Shown here: piece after piece, positions 1 to 12,623 of the stretch | Position numbering within the stretch: the first letter of the stretch is position 1 | Layout: the number at the start of each line of letters is the position of its first letter | From: Patescibacteria group bacterium | GTDB lineage: Bacteria; Patescibacteriota; Patescibacteriia; Magasanikbacterales; JBBTQS01 | Assembly: GCA_038065555.1 (NCBI GenBank) | Contig: JBBTQS010000001.1 | Location: 192,741 to 256,740, forward strand | DNA: 64,000 bases | Direction of reading: 5' to 3' | Made by a program: the position numbers and the translations under genes | Notes under the pieces: model-generated | The model's database searches: none | The model's input: only the letters and a program-made list of their open reading frames with translations | What the model was told of the DNA's origin: nothing

Positions 1-68
1 CGAACATTGGCAGTACCGAGGTCCATGCCAATGTCTTTGCTGAATTTGCCAAAGAAAGATTTGATCAT
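1..68 (-). CDS. mreB: rod shape-determining protein MreB, N-terminal fragment (runs off window)
   Basis: Manual translation MIKSFFGKFSKDIGMDLGTANV contains the MreB DIGxDLGTAN phosphate-1 motif; ATGA overlap with proS stop. Confidence 0.9.
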   Translation of the reverse strand, partial: MIKSFFGKFSKDIGMDLGTANV

Positions 69-1303
69 ACGGTCAATCGACTATAGAGTGTACTTTCATC
101 GATTGTCTCAGCTGTTGCACTGGTGCGGGATTTCCACTCGACTGTTCCTGCAGCGAGTTGTTTGCTGCTGACCACGACGCGTGTTGGGATTCCAATGAGG
201 TCGCTTTCGGCAAACTTCTCCCCTGCGCGCATATCACGGTCGTCCAGAAGTACTTCGACGCCATGCTCAGAGAGCGTGAGTGCAATCTCTTGCGCCTTGC
301 GCATCACAGATTCGTCTGTGCTCAACGCAACAACATGCACTGCAAATGGCGCAACCTCAGCTGGCCAGATCATTCCTGCAGCATCGTGGTGTACTTCTAC
401 AATGGTTCCCATGACACGACTTGGTCCAATACCATAGCAACCCATGAGCACTGGCTGTGACTTCCCATCAGCATCTACGAATGTGAAATCAAACGCATTC
501 GAATACTTCGCGCCAAGTGGGAAAATATTGCCTACTTCAATCGCCTTGTTCTCCGTTACAGGTCCCTGACAGGTGTCACACGTGTCGAACGTTGTGAGAA
601 TTTCACGATTCTTGTACCAACCACACTTTGCGCAGTGGTATACGAGATCCTCTCCAAACTCCGTGAATACCTGATACTCGTGGGAGAATTTGCTGAACGT
701 GCCACCGCTTGCTTCGACCATTTTTGCGTCGAGTCCACAGCGTGCATAAATGCGATCGTACGCGCGCGCTGCTTCCATGTAATACGCGTCGAGCTCTTCT
801 TGCGTTGCGTGGAAGCTATACAGATCCTTCATCAAAAATTCGCGCCCACGAAGCAGTCCCGACTTCGCACGTGGTTCATTGCGGAATTTGTTTTGGATCT
901 GGTACACAGCTCGAGGCAGATCCTTGTAGGATTGTACGAAGTCTTGGAGCATTGGCGTAACGATTTCTTCGTGTGTTGCGCCCAGGGCATACTCCTTGTT
1001 ACCGGCGCCCTCCAGACGGAAGAGTACGTCGAGTCCATCCCATCGGCCCGTCTTGACCCATGGCTCCTTCGGTGTGAGCGCTGGCATGAGAATCTCGCTT
1101 GCGCCCAATGCATTCATCTCTTCGCGGATGATCCCCTCAATGCGACGCAAGACACGCAGTCCGTATGGAAGATACGAATACACACCTGCCATTTCCTTGT
1201 GCACAAATCCTGCACGCGTGAGGAGCTCGGCGTTATGACTTACTTCATCCTTTGGCGCTTCCTTGGTGGTCTTGGTGAATATGGTTGACTGTCGAATATA
1301 CAT
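65..1303 (-). CDS. proS: proline--tRNA ligase (short form without editing insertion)
   Basis: Class II motifs KFRNEPRAKSGLLRGREFLMKDLYSF, GCYGIGPSR; C-terminal anticodon-binding domain. Confidence 0.97.
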   Translation of the reverse strand: MYIRQSTIFTKTTKEAPKDEVSHNAELLTRAGFVHKEMAGVYSYLPYGLRVLRRIEGIIREEMNALGASEILMPALTPKEPWVKTGRWDGLDVLFRLEGAGNKEYALGATHEEIVTPMLQDFVQSYKDLPRAVYQIQNKFRNEPRAKSGLLRGREFLMKDLYSFHATQEELDAYYMEAARAYDRIYARCGLDAKMVEASGGTFSKFSHEYQVFTEFGEDLVYHCAKCGWYKNREILTTFDTCDTCQGPVTENKAIEVGNIFPLGAKYSNAFDFTFVDADGKSQPVLMGCYGIGPSRVMGTIVEVHHDAAGMIWPAEVAPFAVHVVALSTDESVMRKAQEIALTLSEHGVEVLLDDRDMRAGEKFAESDLIGIPTRVVVSSKQLAAGTVEWKSRTSATAETIDESTLYSRLTV

Positions 1304-1304
1304 A

Positions 1305-1691
1305 CTAGGAATGATGAGACGATCGTGACGACCAGAGGAATTCTACACAGCTGACAATGACGGCGAGGAGGATAAGTGTCCACCAATAGAGATACTGCGC
1401 ACGTGCCATGAGGAGCACTACGGTAACAAGCACAGAGAACAAGACTGCTTGCCTGAAGCTCTTGCGCACCATTCGAAATGCCACTGTCTCACTGCGAGAG
1501 AAAAAACTCTCAATCGCAAACACGATCAGTGAAAAAAGTCCGAACAGCGAAAGGAACAATGCGACAAAGAAAAGTGACAGCCCCGCCGCGCTTGCCGTGT
1601 ACGGATCAACAGACATCATGACGAAGTACAATGCTCCAAAGCACAAGAGCGTCGCTGCAGTCATGAACAGCAAGTATTGGCGAAGTGTCAT
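1305..1691 (-). CDS. hypothetical membrane protein (about 4 TM helices)
   Basis: Four hydrophobic segments; tightly packed in operon. Confidence 0.8.
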   Translation of the reverse strand: MTLRQYLLFMTAATLLCFGALYFVMMSVDPYTASAAGLSLFFVALFLSLFGLFSLIVFAIESFFSRSETVAFRMVRKSFRQAVLFSVLVTVVLLMARAQYLYWWTLILLAVIVSCVEFLWSSRSSHHS

Positions 1692-1978
1692 AGAAGATAA
1701 CGAATACGTTCGACCCGTGCCCGGGCCGGCATTTTGTCATTAAAGTACGCGAGGATTGCTGCCTCTTGTGTCTTGAGTGTCTGCGCAAACGCTGCAGAGT
1801 CACAGCTGACCGTGAGCGTTCCGTTCTTGATATATTGTGGTCGTACATGGCGTGCATCTGCAGCAAAAACCGCGTCGAGTGCTTGCTGCGCAATCTCGAT
1901 CGCCATTGCTCCTTCTACTTGCTTGCCTACACCAGCACGCGCAACGCGTGCCATGAGGTCTTTACCAATCCCATCCAT
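1688..1978 (-). CDS. DciA/DUF721 family protein
   Basis: Pattern RPQYIKNGTLTVSCDSAAFAQTL...ILAYFND...VERIRY typical of DUF721; start set at MDGIGK. Confidence 0.7.
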   Translation of the reverse strand: MDGIGKDLMARVARAGVGKQVEGAMAIEIAQQALDAVFAADARHVRPQYIKNGTLTVSCDSAAFAQTLKTQEAAILAYFNDKMPARARVERIRYLL

Positions 1979-1992
1979 ACAGATGCTGAAAT

Positions 1993-4902
1993 TCACGAAA
2001 GCTTGCGAAATGGACAAATACTGCGGAAGTCACACGTGTTACACACATGCGGGTTAGGCTTTGCTGGGAACGTGCTTGAACGCATTTCCGTAACCACCGC
2101 ACCGATCTCTTCCTCAAAGGTGAGCAAAATGTCCGAATTCACCGGAACTTCTTGCATGCTCAGGTCGTTCAAATACCAGTACTGCAATGATTTCACTGGT
2201 CGAGCATCTGCAAACTTCGGATCCCGCTCGATTGCTGCATAATACAACAGCAGCTGATTCTTGTCGTCTTTTTCAAGACGTGGCTTGGGCTTGCCTGTCT
2301 TGTAGTCAATAATGATGCTACCTCCCCCCTCAGCCGAATCTATTCTATCAATGCGTCCTGTAAAAGTACAGCCGCCGATCGAAACACTAAACGACTGTTC
2401 CAGCGATCGCGGCACTGTTGCAAACGGCGCATACCGACCATAGAACTCACGCAAAATATCCTGTCCTTTCTTGAAGTACTCTTGCTTTTGTTCTGAGGAC
2501 TCGTACCACTCATCAACCCACGATGCAGAGAATATCGCTAGCAGCGCATCAAGTGATGGCACAGCTTCTGCGTCTTGTGCTGTTGGTACACCGAAGAGAT
2601 CTTGCTGCACACGTTCACGTGATTGTCGCAATGTCTCGTACCATTTTTGCAGTGTCGAGTGCATGGTTGTGCCGAAGCTCATCGCATGCGATCCAATCGT
2701 CGGAATTTTGATCACATATTTGTACTTGTACTGCAATGGACAACGCAAATAGGTCTGGAGATGTGAGAACGATAATCGCGTGATCGAGCTGGGTGTTGCT
2801 GCAGTCGTCGTTACTGTGGATGCGGGAGCGGTAGTCACGAGCGTATCAGTCCCATTGATCCAATGCTCTACTTCCATTTCAGCGAGAAATCGTGACGGTT
2901 TGCGCTCGGTCTTACCATCCCCATAATACTTGGCACGCGTGATATGAATTGCATCACGAGCTCGGGTAATGGCTACGTAACACAATCGACGCTCTTCACG
3001 CACATGCGCGTCATCATCCTCAGGCATGCGCGAGAGCAATGCCGCAGGGAGCGGGAGCGCTTCGCTGCGATCTGCACCCGGAAATCGAAGATGCACAAAA
3101 CTAGGTAAGAAAACGTGACTGAATTCCAACCCTTTTGCTGCGTGAATTGTCATAAGATGGACTGCGTCTACACGCGTGCTCACTTCTTGCTCTCCCGAAT
3201 CATCTCCCGAGAGCAATGCATCGGCGTAGAATTGAAGGAATGCATCTACCGTCGGCGTTGGATGTGATTGCGCAAACTGCTTCACAAACTCCAGGAATGT
3301 CTGCAGTGCCACAAACGGCTCATCTAACTCCCCTGCGTTGTTCTGGTCCTGCCAGTACTGCATCAAACCAGACAACTCGAAGTAGTGAACAAGCACTTCA
3401 TGAATCGGACGATCACGCAGCAACTGATGCGCTGTTGCAAGCGCGGCAAGAAAGGACGCGATACGCGCTTGCTCATCAGCAGGAATCGCGACCAGTTGCG
3501 CCTTCTTGAGTGTCTCATAGAGCGTCGCTCCATCCTTGTGACTGGCAGCCAGCAATTGCGTACACGCATCGTGTGAGAGTGAGAGTGGAGGCAATGACAA
3601 GAGACCATACAGCGACACCGAATCTTGCGCGTTATGCAGTGCACGCAAAATCTGGATGCATTGCTGTGCCACACGATGCTGTAGTGTGCCACTGCGCCCA
3701 TGCACGACCAGTGGAATGCCGCGACGAAGACACTGCTCACGAATGGCAGCGCCGTGTCCATGTGCACGCACGAGAATTGCCATATCACTCCACGGAGTTC
3801 CCTGCTCATGACAGCGGATAATTTCTGTAGCAATCGTCGCTGCCTCATCGTGTTCTTGTTCCAAAATGGTGTACTGGATAGATCCTACACCTTCGCGAGC
3901 CGCGTGCAGCTTCTTCGAAATGCCCAATCGTGACTCCAGCGTATGTGGCGCATTGCGAGTAATGAGTGCATAGCTCATGTCCAAAATATTTTGCCGTGTG
4001 CGAAAATTCTCATTGAGCACGATGGATGTCGCACTCGGAAAATCATTTTTGAAATCCAAAATATTATCCATGACTGCACCACGAAATCCGTACACACTCT
4101 GGTTGTCATCCCCCACGACTGTCAGTACAGGTCCATCTTCACGACACAACTGCCGCACAATCTCATACTGCGCGCGGTTGGTATCCTGGAATTCATCCAC
4201 AAGCACATGCTTGAATCGCTTGCGTAGCTGTGCAGTGATGTTGGGTCGTTCGACAAGCAGGGCGTGCACGTAGAACAACAGCGATCCGAAATCGAGCTTG
4301 GATGCCTTCATGAGCTCCTGCTCGTACTGCACATAGATACGTGCCAACTCCGCGTCCGCAGATGCAGCCAACGCCACATCAGTATCACTCGAGAGCTGTA
4401 CCTGCGTAGCGTACTCGAGATATCGCTCAGGAGTAATGAGCTCATCTTTGCATCGCGAAATGTGAGACAAAATTGCACGAATGAATCGCGTCGCATTCCC
4501 CTTCTGGGCAAAATACGAGAGATCAAACATTGAGAGACGATTGCGCACGAACATCCATGCACCTGCATCATTGAGCACTTGGAAACCAATCGGCAACCCA
4601 ATATGATGACCGAACTCACGCAAAAGACGCTCACAGATACTGTGAAACGTTCCAATCTGCAGTGTCAGCGCTGCATCTGGGTTGACCGCTTCAATGCGGG
4701 CCAGAATTTCACTCGCTGCCTTTTCAGTAAATGTCACAGCCATGATTTCTCTTGGCGCAACACCTGAGGCCAACAAAAACAAAATACGACGCGTCAGCAC
4801 CGTTGTCTTGCCGGTTCCTGCGCCTGCCACGATCATGAGCGGCCCACCAGTGTGTGTAACTGCTGCTTTTTGCGCTTCTGTGAGTCCTTCAAGTAATTCC
4901 AT
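1993..4902 (-). CDS. UvrD/PcrA-type ATP-dependent DNA helicase fused to C-terminal PD-(D/E)XK nuclease
   Basis: AGAGTGKT, VDEFQDTN, VGDDNQSVYGFRGA, MTIHAAKGLEF, EERRLCYVAITRA; nuclease GRIDRID...IIDYKTG; Cys in RCP and CxxC-x5-C. Confidence 0.93.
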   Translation of the reverse strand: MELLEGLTEAQKAAVTHTGGPLMIVAGAGTGKTTVLTRRILFLLASGVAPREIMAVTFTEKAASEILARIEAVNPDAALTLQIGTFHSICERLLREFGHHIGLPIGFQVLNDAGAWMFVRNRLSMFDLSYFAQKGNATRFIRAILSHISRCKDELITPERYLEYATQVQLSSDTDVALAASADAELARIYVQYEQELMKASKLDFGSLLFYVHALLVERPNITAQLRKRFKHVLVDEFQDTNRAQYEIVRQLCREDGPVLTVVGDDNQSVYGFRGAVMDNILDFKNDFPSATSIVLNENFRTRQNILDMSYALITRNAPHTLESRLGISKKLHAAREGVGSIQYTILEQEHDEAATIATEIIRCHEQGTPWSDMAILVRAHGHGAAIREQCLRRGIPLVVHGRSGTLQHRVAQQCIQILRALHNAQDSVSLYGLLSLPPLSLSHDACTQLLAASHKDGATLYETLKKAQLVAIPADEQARIASFLAALATAHQLLRDRPIHEVLVHYFELSGLMQYWQDQNNAGELDEPFVALQTFLEFVKQFAQSHPTPTVDAFLQFYADALLSGDDSGEQEVSTRVDAVHLMTIHAAKGLEFSHVFLPSFVHLRFPGADRSEALPLPAALLSRMPEDDDAHVREERRLCYVAITRARDAIHITRAKYYGDGKTERKPSRFLAEMEVEHWINGTDTLVTTAPASTVTTTAATPSSITRLSFSHLQTYLRCPLQYKYKYVIKIPTIGSHAMSFGTTMHSTLQKWYETLRQSRERVQQDLFGVPTAQDAEAVPSLDALLAIFSASWVDEWYESSEQKQEYFKKGQDILREFYGRYAPFATVPRSLEQSFSVSIGGCTFTGRIDRIDSAEGGGSIIIDYKTGKPKPRLEKDDKNQLLLYYAAIERDPKFADARPVKSLQYWYLNDLSMQEVPVNSDILLTFEEEIGAVVTEMRSSTFPAKPNPHVCNTCDFRSICPFRKLS

Positions 4903-4986
4903 ACTTCCCCATCATAAACGAAAACACGCCGGGAAGCCAGCGTGTTTCGGTTTAGTTATTGGGGGCGAAATTGCCCCTGGAATCGC

Positions 4987-7074
4987 TCAGTGACAGGCGT
5001 CCCGCACGGTGATCTCACCGACGAAGTGGAACGTCTGTTGGAAGACAGGCGAAGTCGAGACCTTGGCGCCGTTGCGCTTGAGATTGATCACGACTGTGCC
5101 ACTCGTGCCTACAGCAAGTGGTGATTGCGTCCCACCGGACTGCTGCCGCGAGTATTTCTCGCTCGGCCCATCGAAGACATTGCTATCGATGACAGCGCTT
5201 CCTTTCTTCACCTCCATGGTTGGGAAGGCGTCGCCGACGATGTCGTAGTGATGCTGCAGCGCGAACTCCAGCACCTTTGGCACTCCGCTCGTATCGCCCA
5301 GAGCATCCAAGTCGATCGTGATGCTCGCAGAGTCGCTACTCAGGAGAATACCGATTTCCTTGTTGCACGTACTGCCAACTGCGCACCACGGGCCGACGTG
5401 AAATCCAGAGCCTGCTGTGAACCAAGGTTGGAAGTTCCCAGCATCTCCTGCTTTGCCAGCGCTTTCGCTGACAATGAACGCGGGGTAGCCTGAGTGTACG
5501 CATCCCACCGATGGCTCGCACGAGTCGAGTGTGCAGACATCGCTGTCCGAACAATCTGTCGGCGTCGGTGTGACGCATTCGCCAGCAGCGCAGCCTTCGT
5601 TCTGGGTGCACGGATCGATATCCGAGCAGTCCAGCGCTTTGCCCACGCAGCTTCCATTGAAGCATGTGTCAGAATGCGTGCACGGCTCACCGTCGTCGCA
5701 CTCTGCAATATCTCCCGAGATGCATATACCTTCGGTGACGCTACAGTGGTCTCCCACAGTGCAGACATCCCCATCGTCACACACGACGTCGAGATTCTTG
5801 CTGAAGCACATGTTCTGATCCGGTCCTGGCGTGAGCTCGCACCAATTCTGTGTGCAGGCGTTGCTGTCGTCACATTCTTCGTTTTGACGACAGCACGCGG
5901 GGACTTCTGGGAACGAGCAGAGCCCGCTCTGTGCAACGCACAGGTCATACGAGCACGGATTCCCGTCCTCGCAGTGAACCAGCGTCCCCAACACACAGAC
6001 GTTCGCGACGCATGTGACCGGCTTGGTGCACAGCGTAGCGTCCTCGAGATGCGCGCAGTCTGACGTTACCGTACACTGACACACCTGCGCGTCCACTGCT
6101 CCACTCAGACATACTCCCGCATCGCAGACATCAGCAACCGTGCAGAAGTCGCCATCTTCGCACGCCACTTCATCAGCGAGAACCACCGACTTGATGATGC
6201 ATTCCCCTGTTGTTGGGTCACACATCTCGGGAGCGCACGGATCACTCGTATCGCAGATAATGCCGAGGCATTTGTCCACGACAGGGACGTCGTTGTCGAT
6301 CGTGGTATCAGGCGGATCAACGATGTCGCCATCGATGCCGTCTGTTGTACCCACGTCTTGTTGTCCAACGTCGTCGATGCCATCTGTGGCATCAGCGAGA
6401 TCCGTCGAATCGGTAGTGCCTACGTCCTCGAGTACATCCTCCGGCGGATTCACGATCACATCGCTGGCGTCAGTGCCATCCACACCGTCTACGTCAGTCA
6501 GGACCGCATCACTGCTGTCCGTTCCATCGGTGTCGGGCGCGTCTACACTGTCGTCACCAACGCTGCCATCGGTGTCGGGGATGTCCGCTGGGTCTTCGAC
6601 ATCAGGCACGTCCTCGAATGAGTCCGCGTCATCAGTCTCAACATCATCGGAATCCACTTCGACACTGCCGTCAGTGTCTGCGTCGGGCGTCTCCACCTCT
6701 GGGGTGTCTTCGCCGTCAGCTGCCACATCGGCGTCGTCTGTCGAGTCTGCATCAGCGTCGGCTAGGACTTCTGTGTCCTTGCCGTCGACCGACACTTCCT
6801 CGCCCGCGACATCAGCGCTGTCAGCATCCTCGCTGTCTGCGACTTCTTCGCCCACGCCGTCGGATGCATCAATGTCTTCGTCGAGCGCGATCGCGTCAGC
6901 GTCGGCGCTCGAATCTGACGCGTGGATGTCCGTGCTGTCGCTGACACTGTCAGCTCCAGCATCGTCCGCAACGAGACCGTCGCCAGTCCCGAATGTGAGC
7001 TGCGCCGGATCCGACGCGGTGAAAGGATTGCATGCGGCCGTAGCCGCGAAAAGTAGTGCTACTGCGATCCGCAT
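4987..7074 (-). CDS. Cys-rich repeat lipoprotein with long Asp-rich low-complexity stalk
   Basis: SD GGGAGG before MRIAVALLFAATAAC (lipobox-like); about 230 aa D/V/T/S-rich linker; about 8 CxDxxxC(T/S) repeats. Confidence 0.85.
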   Translation of the reverse strand: MRIAVALLFAATAACNPFTASDPAQLTFGTGDGLVADDAGADSVSDSTDIHASDSSADADAIALDEDIDASDGVGEEVADSEDADSADVAGEEVSVDGKDTEVLADADADSTDDADVAADGEDTPEVETPDADTDGSVEVDSDDVETDDADSFEDVPDVEDPADIPDTDGSVGDDSVDAPDTDGTDSSDAVLTDVDGVDGTDASDVIVNPPEDVLEDVGTTDSTDLADATDGIDDVGQQDVGTTDGIDGDIVDPPDTTIDNDVPVVDKCLGIICDTSDPCAPEMCDPTTGECIIKSVVLADEVACEDGDFCTVADVCDAGVCLSGAVDAQVCQCTVTSDCAHLEDATLCTKPVTCVANVCVLGTLVHCEDGNPCSYDLCVAQSGLCSFPEVPACCRQNEECDDSNACTQNWCELTPGPDQNMCFSKNLDVVCDDGDVCTVGDHCSVTEGICISGDIAECDDGEPCTHSDTCFNGSCVGKALDCSDIDPCTQNEGCAAGECVTPTPTDCSDSDVCTLDSCEPSVGCVHSGYPAFIVSESAGKAGDAGNFQPWFTAGSGFHVGPWCAVGSTCNKEIGILLSSDSASITIDLDALGDTSGVPKVLEFALQHHYDIVGDAFPTMEVKKGSAVIDSNVFDGPSEKYSRQQSGGTQSPLAVGTSGTVVINLKRNGAKVSTSPVFQQTFHFVGEITVRDACH

Positions 7075-7123
7075 GAGTGACCTCCCAGTCGTGTGCGGTG
7101 AATGGTCTTGGAGCGCCAATCCT

Positions 7124-7157
7124 AAAAAAGAAAAGGCTGCCCTCCAAGTGAGGCAGC
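7124..7157 (-). terminator. intrinsic terminator of atp operon
   Basis: GCTGCCTC-ACTTG-GAGGGCAGC hairpin followed by a T-rich tract. Confidence 0.7.
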
Positions 7158-7183
7158 ATACGCCTTTTCTTCGTTTTTGTCAA
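7155..7183 (-). promoter_or_regulatory. sigma70 promoter for the Cys-rich lipoprotein gene
   Basis: TTGACA-17 bp-TATGCT on minus strand. Confidence 0.75.
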
Positions 7184-7195
7184 CTGGTAGCTAGA

Positions 7196-7618
7196 CTACG
7201 CGCGGCGACGGCGGGCAACGCGAATACGGACCAAGGATCGCTCGAGTGCTGCCTGAAGTGCAGCGAACTCAATATCATTAGCAAACTGACGCTTTGTGAT
7301 GAGTTCATGGGCACGCGCGCGAGCTGCTTCGGCACGCACAACGTCAATCTCGTCAGCACGCTCTGCAGCGTCTGCGAGAAGAATTACTTCATTGCCTCCA
7401 CGAACCTGGACGTACCCTGCAGCAGTTGCAACATGGTGCTCGCTTGCTCCTTCGCGAATGCGCACCTCACCTGCCTTCACAATACCTACAACAGGCATGT
7501 GGTGTGGCAAAATCGTGATCTCACCCATCTCCGTCATGAGCGATACAGAATCAACCGGTGCACGAAACACGACACGCTCTGGAGTGATGACTACAAATTG
7601 GAGTGTCGTGGTTGCCAT
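7196..7618 (-). CDS. atpC: ATP synthase F1 epsilon
   Basis: VITPERVVF...GEITILPHH; operon position. Confidence 0.96.
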   Translation of the reverse strand: MATTTLQFVVITPERVVFRAPVDSVSLMTEMGEITILPHHMPVVGIVKAGEVRIREGASEHHVATAAGYVQVRGGNEVILLADAAERADEIDVVRAEAARARAHELITKRQFANDIEFAALQAALERSLVRIRVARRRRA

Positions 7619-7621
7619 ACG

Positions 7622-9846
<2,225 letters not shown>

Positions 9847-9863
<17 letters not shown>

Positions 9864-11337
9864 AGCGCGTAATAATCTCCTTAAGTGCTGGTTCGGTTAC
9901 TGCCCAGTCCTCCTTGGTCATCGCAGTAAGCCAATCCTCATGTTCAGTCTCGATGAATGTGTGCAGTCCTTCTTCCCATGCAGCGACCTTCTCGACTGGT
10001 ACAGCATCAAGGAAACCGTTGGTTGCGGCATAGATAATGGCAACCTGTTGTGCCATGGACATCGGAGCATACTGTCCCTGTTTAAGCACTTCCACAAGGC
10101 GCTTACCTCGTTCGATCTGACGACGTGTGTTCTCATCAAGGTCAGACGCAAACTGTGCAAATGCTTCCATTTCGCGGAACTGCGCCATTTCCAGACGAAG
10201 TCGTCCTGCGATTTTCTTCATTGGCTTGGTCTGTGCTGCAGAACCTACACGTGACACGGAGATTCCCACGTTGAGCGCAGGACGAATACCACGGTAGAAG
10301 AGATCGGACTCGAGATAAATCTGACCATCAGTGATCGAAATCACGTTGGTTGGAATGTATGCCGAAACGTCGCCGCCTTGTGTCTCGATAATAGGAAGTG
10401 CTGTCATCGAGCCGCCGCCATTCTCCTTGTTGAGACGCGCTGCACGTTCGAGAAGTCGTGAGTGGAGATAGAACACGTCACCAGGATATGCTTCACGGCC
10501 TGGTGGTCGGCGAAGCAAGAGAGAAATTTCGCGGTATGCCCAAGCTTGCTTGGTGAGATCATCGTACACTACGAGTACGTCTTTTCCTTGCTCCATGAAG
10601 AATTCTCCCATTGCGCAACCAGAGTATGGAGCAATGAACGAGAGTGCTGCAGGATCAGACGCGCCAGCAACTACCACAATCGTGTTCTTCATCGCACCAG
10701 CAGCTTCGAGCTTTGCGACAATGCGCGCAATCTTGGATTCCTTCTGACCAATTGCTACGTAGATACAGATAACGCCGGTATCACGCTGGTTGATGATCGT
10801 GTCAATTGCAATTGCGGTCTTACCAACCTGACGATCGCCGATGATGAGCTGACGCTGTCCGCGACCTACTGGAATCATGGAGTCAATCGCCTTGATACCT
10901 GTTTGGAGTGGAACTCCTACTGGTTCACGGGTCATCACGCCTGGAGCAATTTTTTCAACAGGGTTGAGCTTCTTAGTCTTGATAGCGCCTTTGCCATCTA
11001 CTGCTTCGCCCAATGGGTTCACCACACGGCCCAGGAGTTCCTCACCAACTGGTACGGAGAGAATACGACCAGTGCGGCGCGCCGTCATTCCTTCTTTGAT
11101 CGCAGTGTACTGGCCCAGAATTACTGCACCAACTGTCTCCTCCTCGAGGTTGAGCGCAACGCCCATGACCTTGCCTGGGAACTCGATCATTTCCATGGAC
11201 GCACACTTGGTGAGTCCGGACATGCGAGCAATACCATCACCTACTTCTACTACCGTGCCTGTTTCTTCAACATGAGCGGTAGGCGCAAAGTCTGCGATTT
11301 GCTTTTTGAGTGAGTCAACGAGTGTGTGATTCGACAT
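9847..11337 (-). CDS. atpA: ATP synthase F1 alpha
   Basis: [29 protein letters not shown]; start at MSNHTLV. Confidence 0.99.
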
Positions 11338-11347
11338 ACAACTGAAA

Positions 11348-11734
11348 TTATGAAATTCGTGAAAGCATCCCCGCAACACTGGCGTCTACACGCGTATAGC
11401 CCTGTGTAATCACCGCACCACCGACAAGAGTCGGATCCACATGCAACCCCACAGCTTCGGTCTTGAAATATCCTTGCAAAACCAGGATGAGTTCTGCGCG
11501 TGCACGTGGAGACAATTCATGCGCAATCGCAACGGTTACCTGCTCGCGCTTCTCCCGTTCTGCAATAATACGTTCGAACTGCTTTACGATCGCACCAGCC
11601 AAATGCAGTTTGCCCTTGGTCTTGAGGTGTGTTGCAAAACGCGCAATAACACCTTCGGCCTGATTGCGGGACAAGTCCTTCGTCAGATCGAAGAGTGCGC
11701 GAGCGTATTTGGATGGAAGCGTTGCTCGGCTCAT
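11348..11734 (-). CDS. atpH: ATP synthase F1 delta (short form)
   Basis: KYARALF...VDPTLVGG...VDASV; between atpF and atpA. Confidence 0.88.
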   Translation of the reverse strand: MSRATLPSKYARALFDLTKDLSRNQAEGVIARFATHLKTKGKLHLAGAIVKQFERIIAEREKREQVTVAIAHELSPRARAELILVLQGYFKTEAVGLHVDPTLVGGAVITQGYTRVDASVAGMLSRIS

Positions 11735-11736
11735 AC

Positions 11737-12297
11737 CTATTTTGTCTTCACTTCCTTCATCCCTTGCTGAAGCAGCTGCAAGTCTTCTTTGCTTGTCATC
11801 TTCTCCCCAAGGAATTTCTCAGCAATGCGTGCAGCGAGTTGCACGACTTCTTTCTCAACTTCCTCACGCATGAGCGCACGCTCCCCCACGATTTGCTGAC
11901 GAGCTTGCATCACAATTCCAGCAACTTCTTCTTGTGCGCGAGCCGTTGCTGTTGCAATCATGGCAGCAGACTTTTCTTTTGCTTCAGTAAGGACCGCAGT
12001 CGCGTCACGGCGTGCGGCAAGAATAGCTGCGTCGCGCTCTACTTCCATTGCCTTCTTCGCCTCCTCAATGAGTGTTGCGTCCTTGAGTGACTGCTCAATG
12101 CGGTTGGTACGCTCGTCCATGACACGCAAAAGTGGCTTGTACACCCACTTAGCCAGAACAATCAATACAATGATGAAGTTGATGAGCTGCGCAAGAAAAA
12201 GTTTGCCATTGAGGCCAAAGGTTCCCAAAGGGCCAACAGCTTCGTGAGCTGCGGCAGCGGTATTGGTTACTTCAGCGGCAAATACTGGATCGATCAT
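11737..12297 (-). CDS. atpF: ATP synthase F0 subunit b
   Basis: AQLINFIIVLIVLAKWVYKPL...ER coiled coil. Confidence 0.95.
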   Translation of the reverse strand: MIDPVFAAEVTNTAAAAHEAVGPLGTFGLNGKLFLAQLINFIIVLIVLAKWVYKPLLRVMDERTNRIEQSLKDATLIEEAKKAMEVERDAAILAARRDATAVLTEAKEKSAAMIATATARAQEEVAGIVMQARQQIVGERALMREEVEKEVVQLAARIAEKFLGEKMTSKEDLQLLQQGMKEVKTK

Positions 12298-12366
12298 ACA
12301 CAAGAGATTAAGTGAAGCGCCCAGCGTCGATTCGCATCGTTCCCGAGCACCTCAAGAATCCCTCGA

Positions 12367-12585
12367 TTACAAGGTGAAAGCGATAACAAGCGCGTAAATC
12401 GCGATAGCTTCTGCAAACGCAGCACCGAGAAGCATCGGGACAAACAACTTGCCTGCAGCTTCTGGATTGCGTCCGATAGACTCCATAGCGCGTGAAACGA
12501 TCCAACCGATAGCAATTGCTGGTGCAATACCACCTGCGGCGATCGTCATACCCTTGGCCATGAGACGAATGCTCTCTGCATCCAT
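12367..12585 (-). CDS. atpE: ATP synthase F0 subunit c
   Basis: GRNPEA loop, [12 protein letters not shown]. Confidence 0.97.
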   Translation of the reverse strand: MDAESIRLMAKGMTIAAGGIAPAIAIGWIVSRAMESIGRNPEAAGKLFVPMLLGAAFAEAIAIYALVIAFTL

Positions 12586-12623
12586 AGTGTTATTCCTAAT
12601 GAATTAGACGCGACAACCCATTC

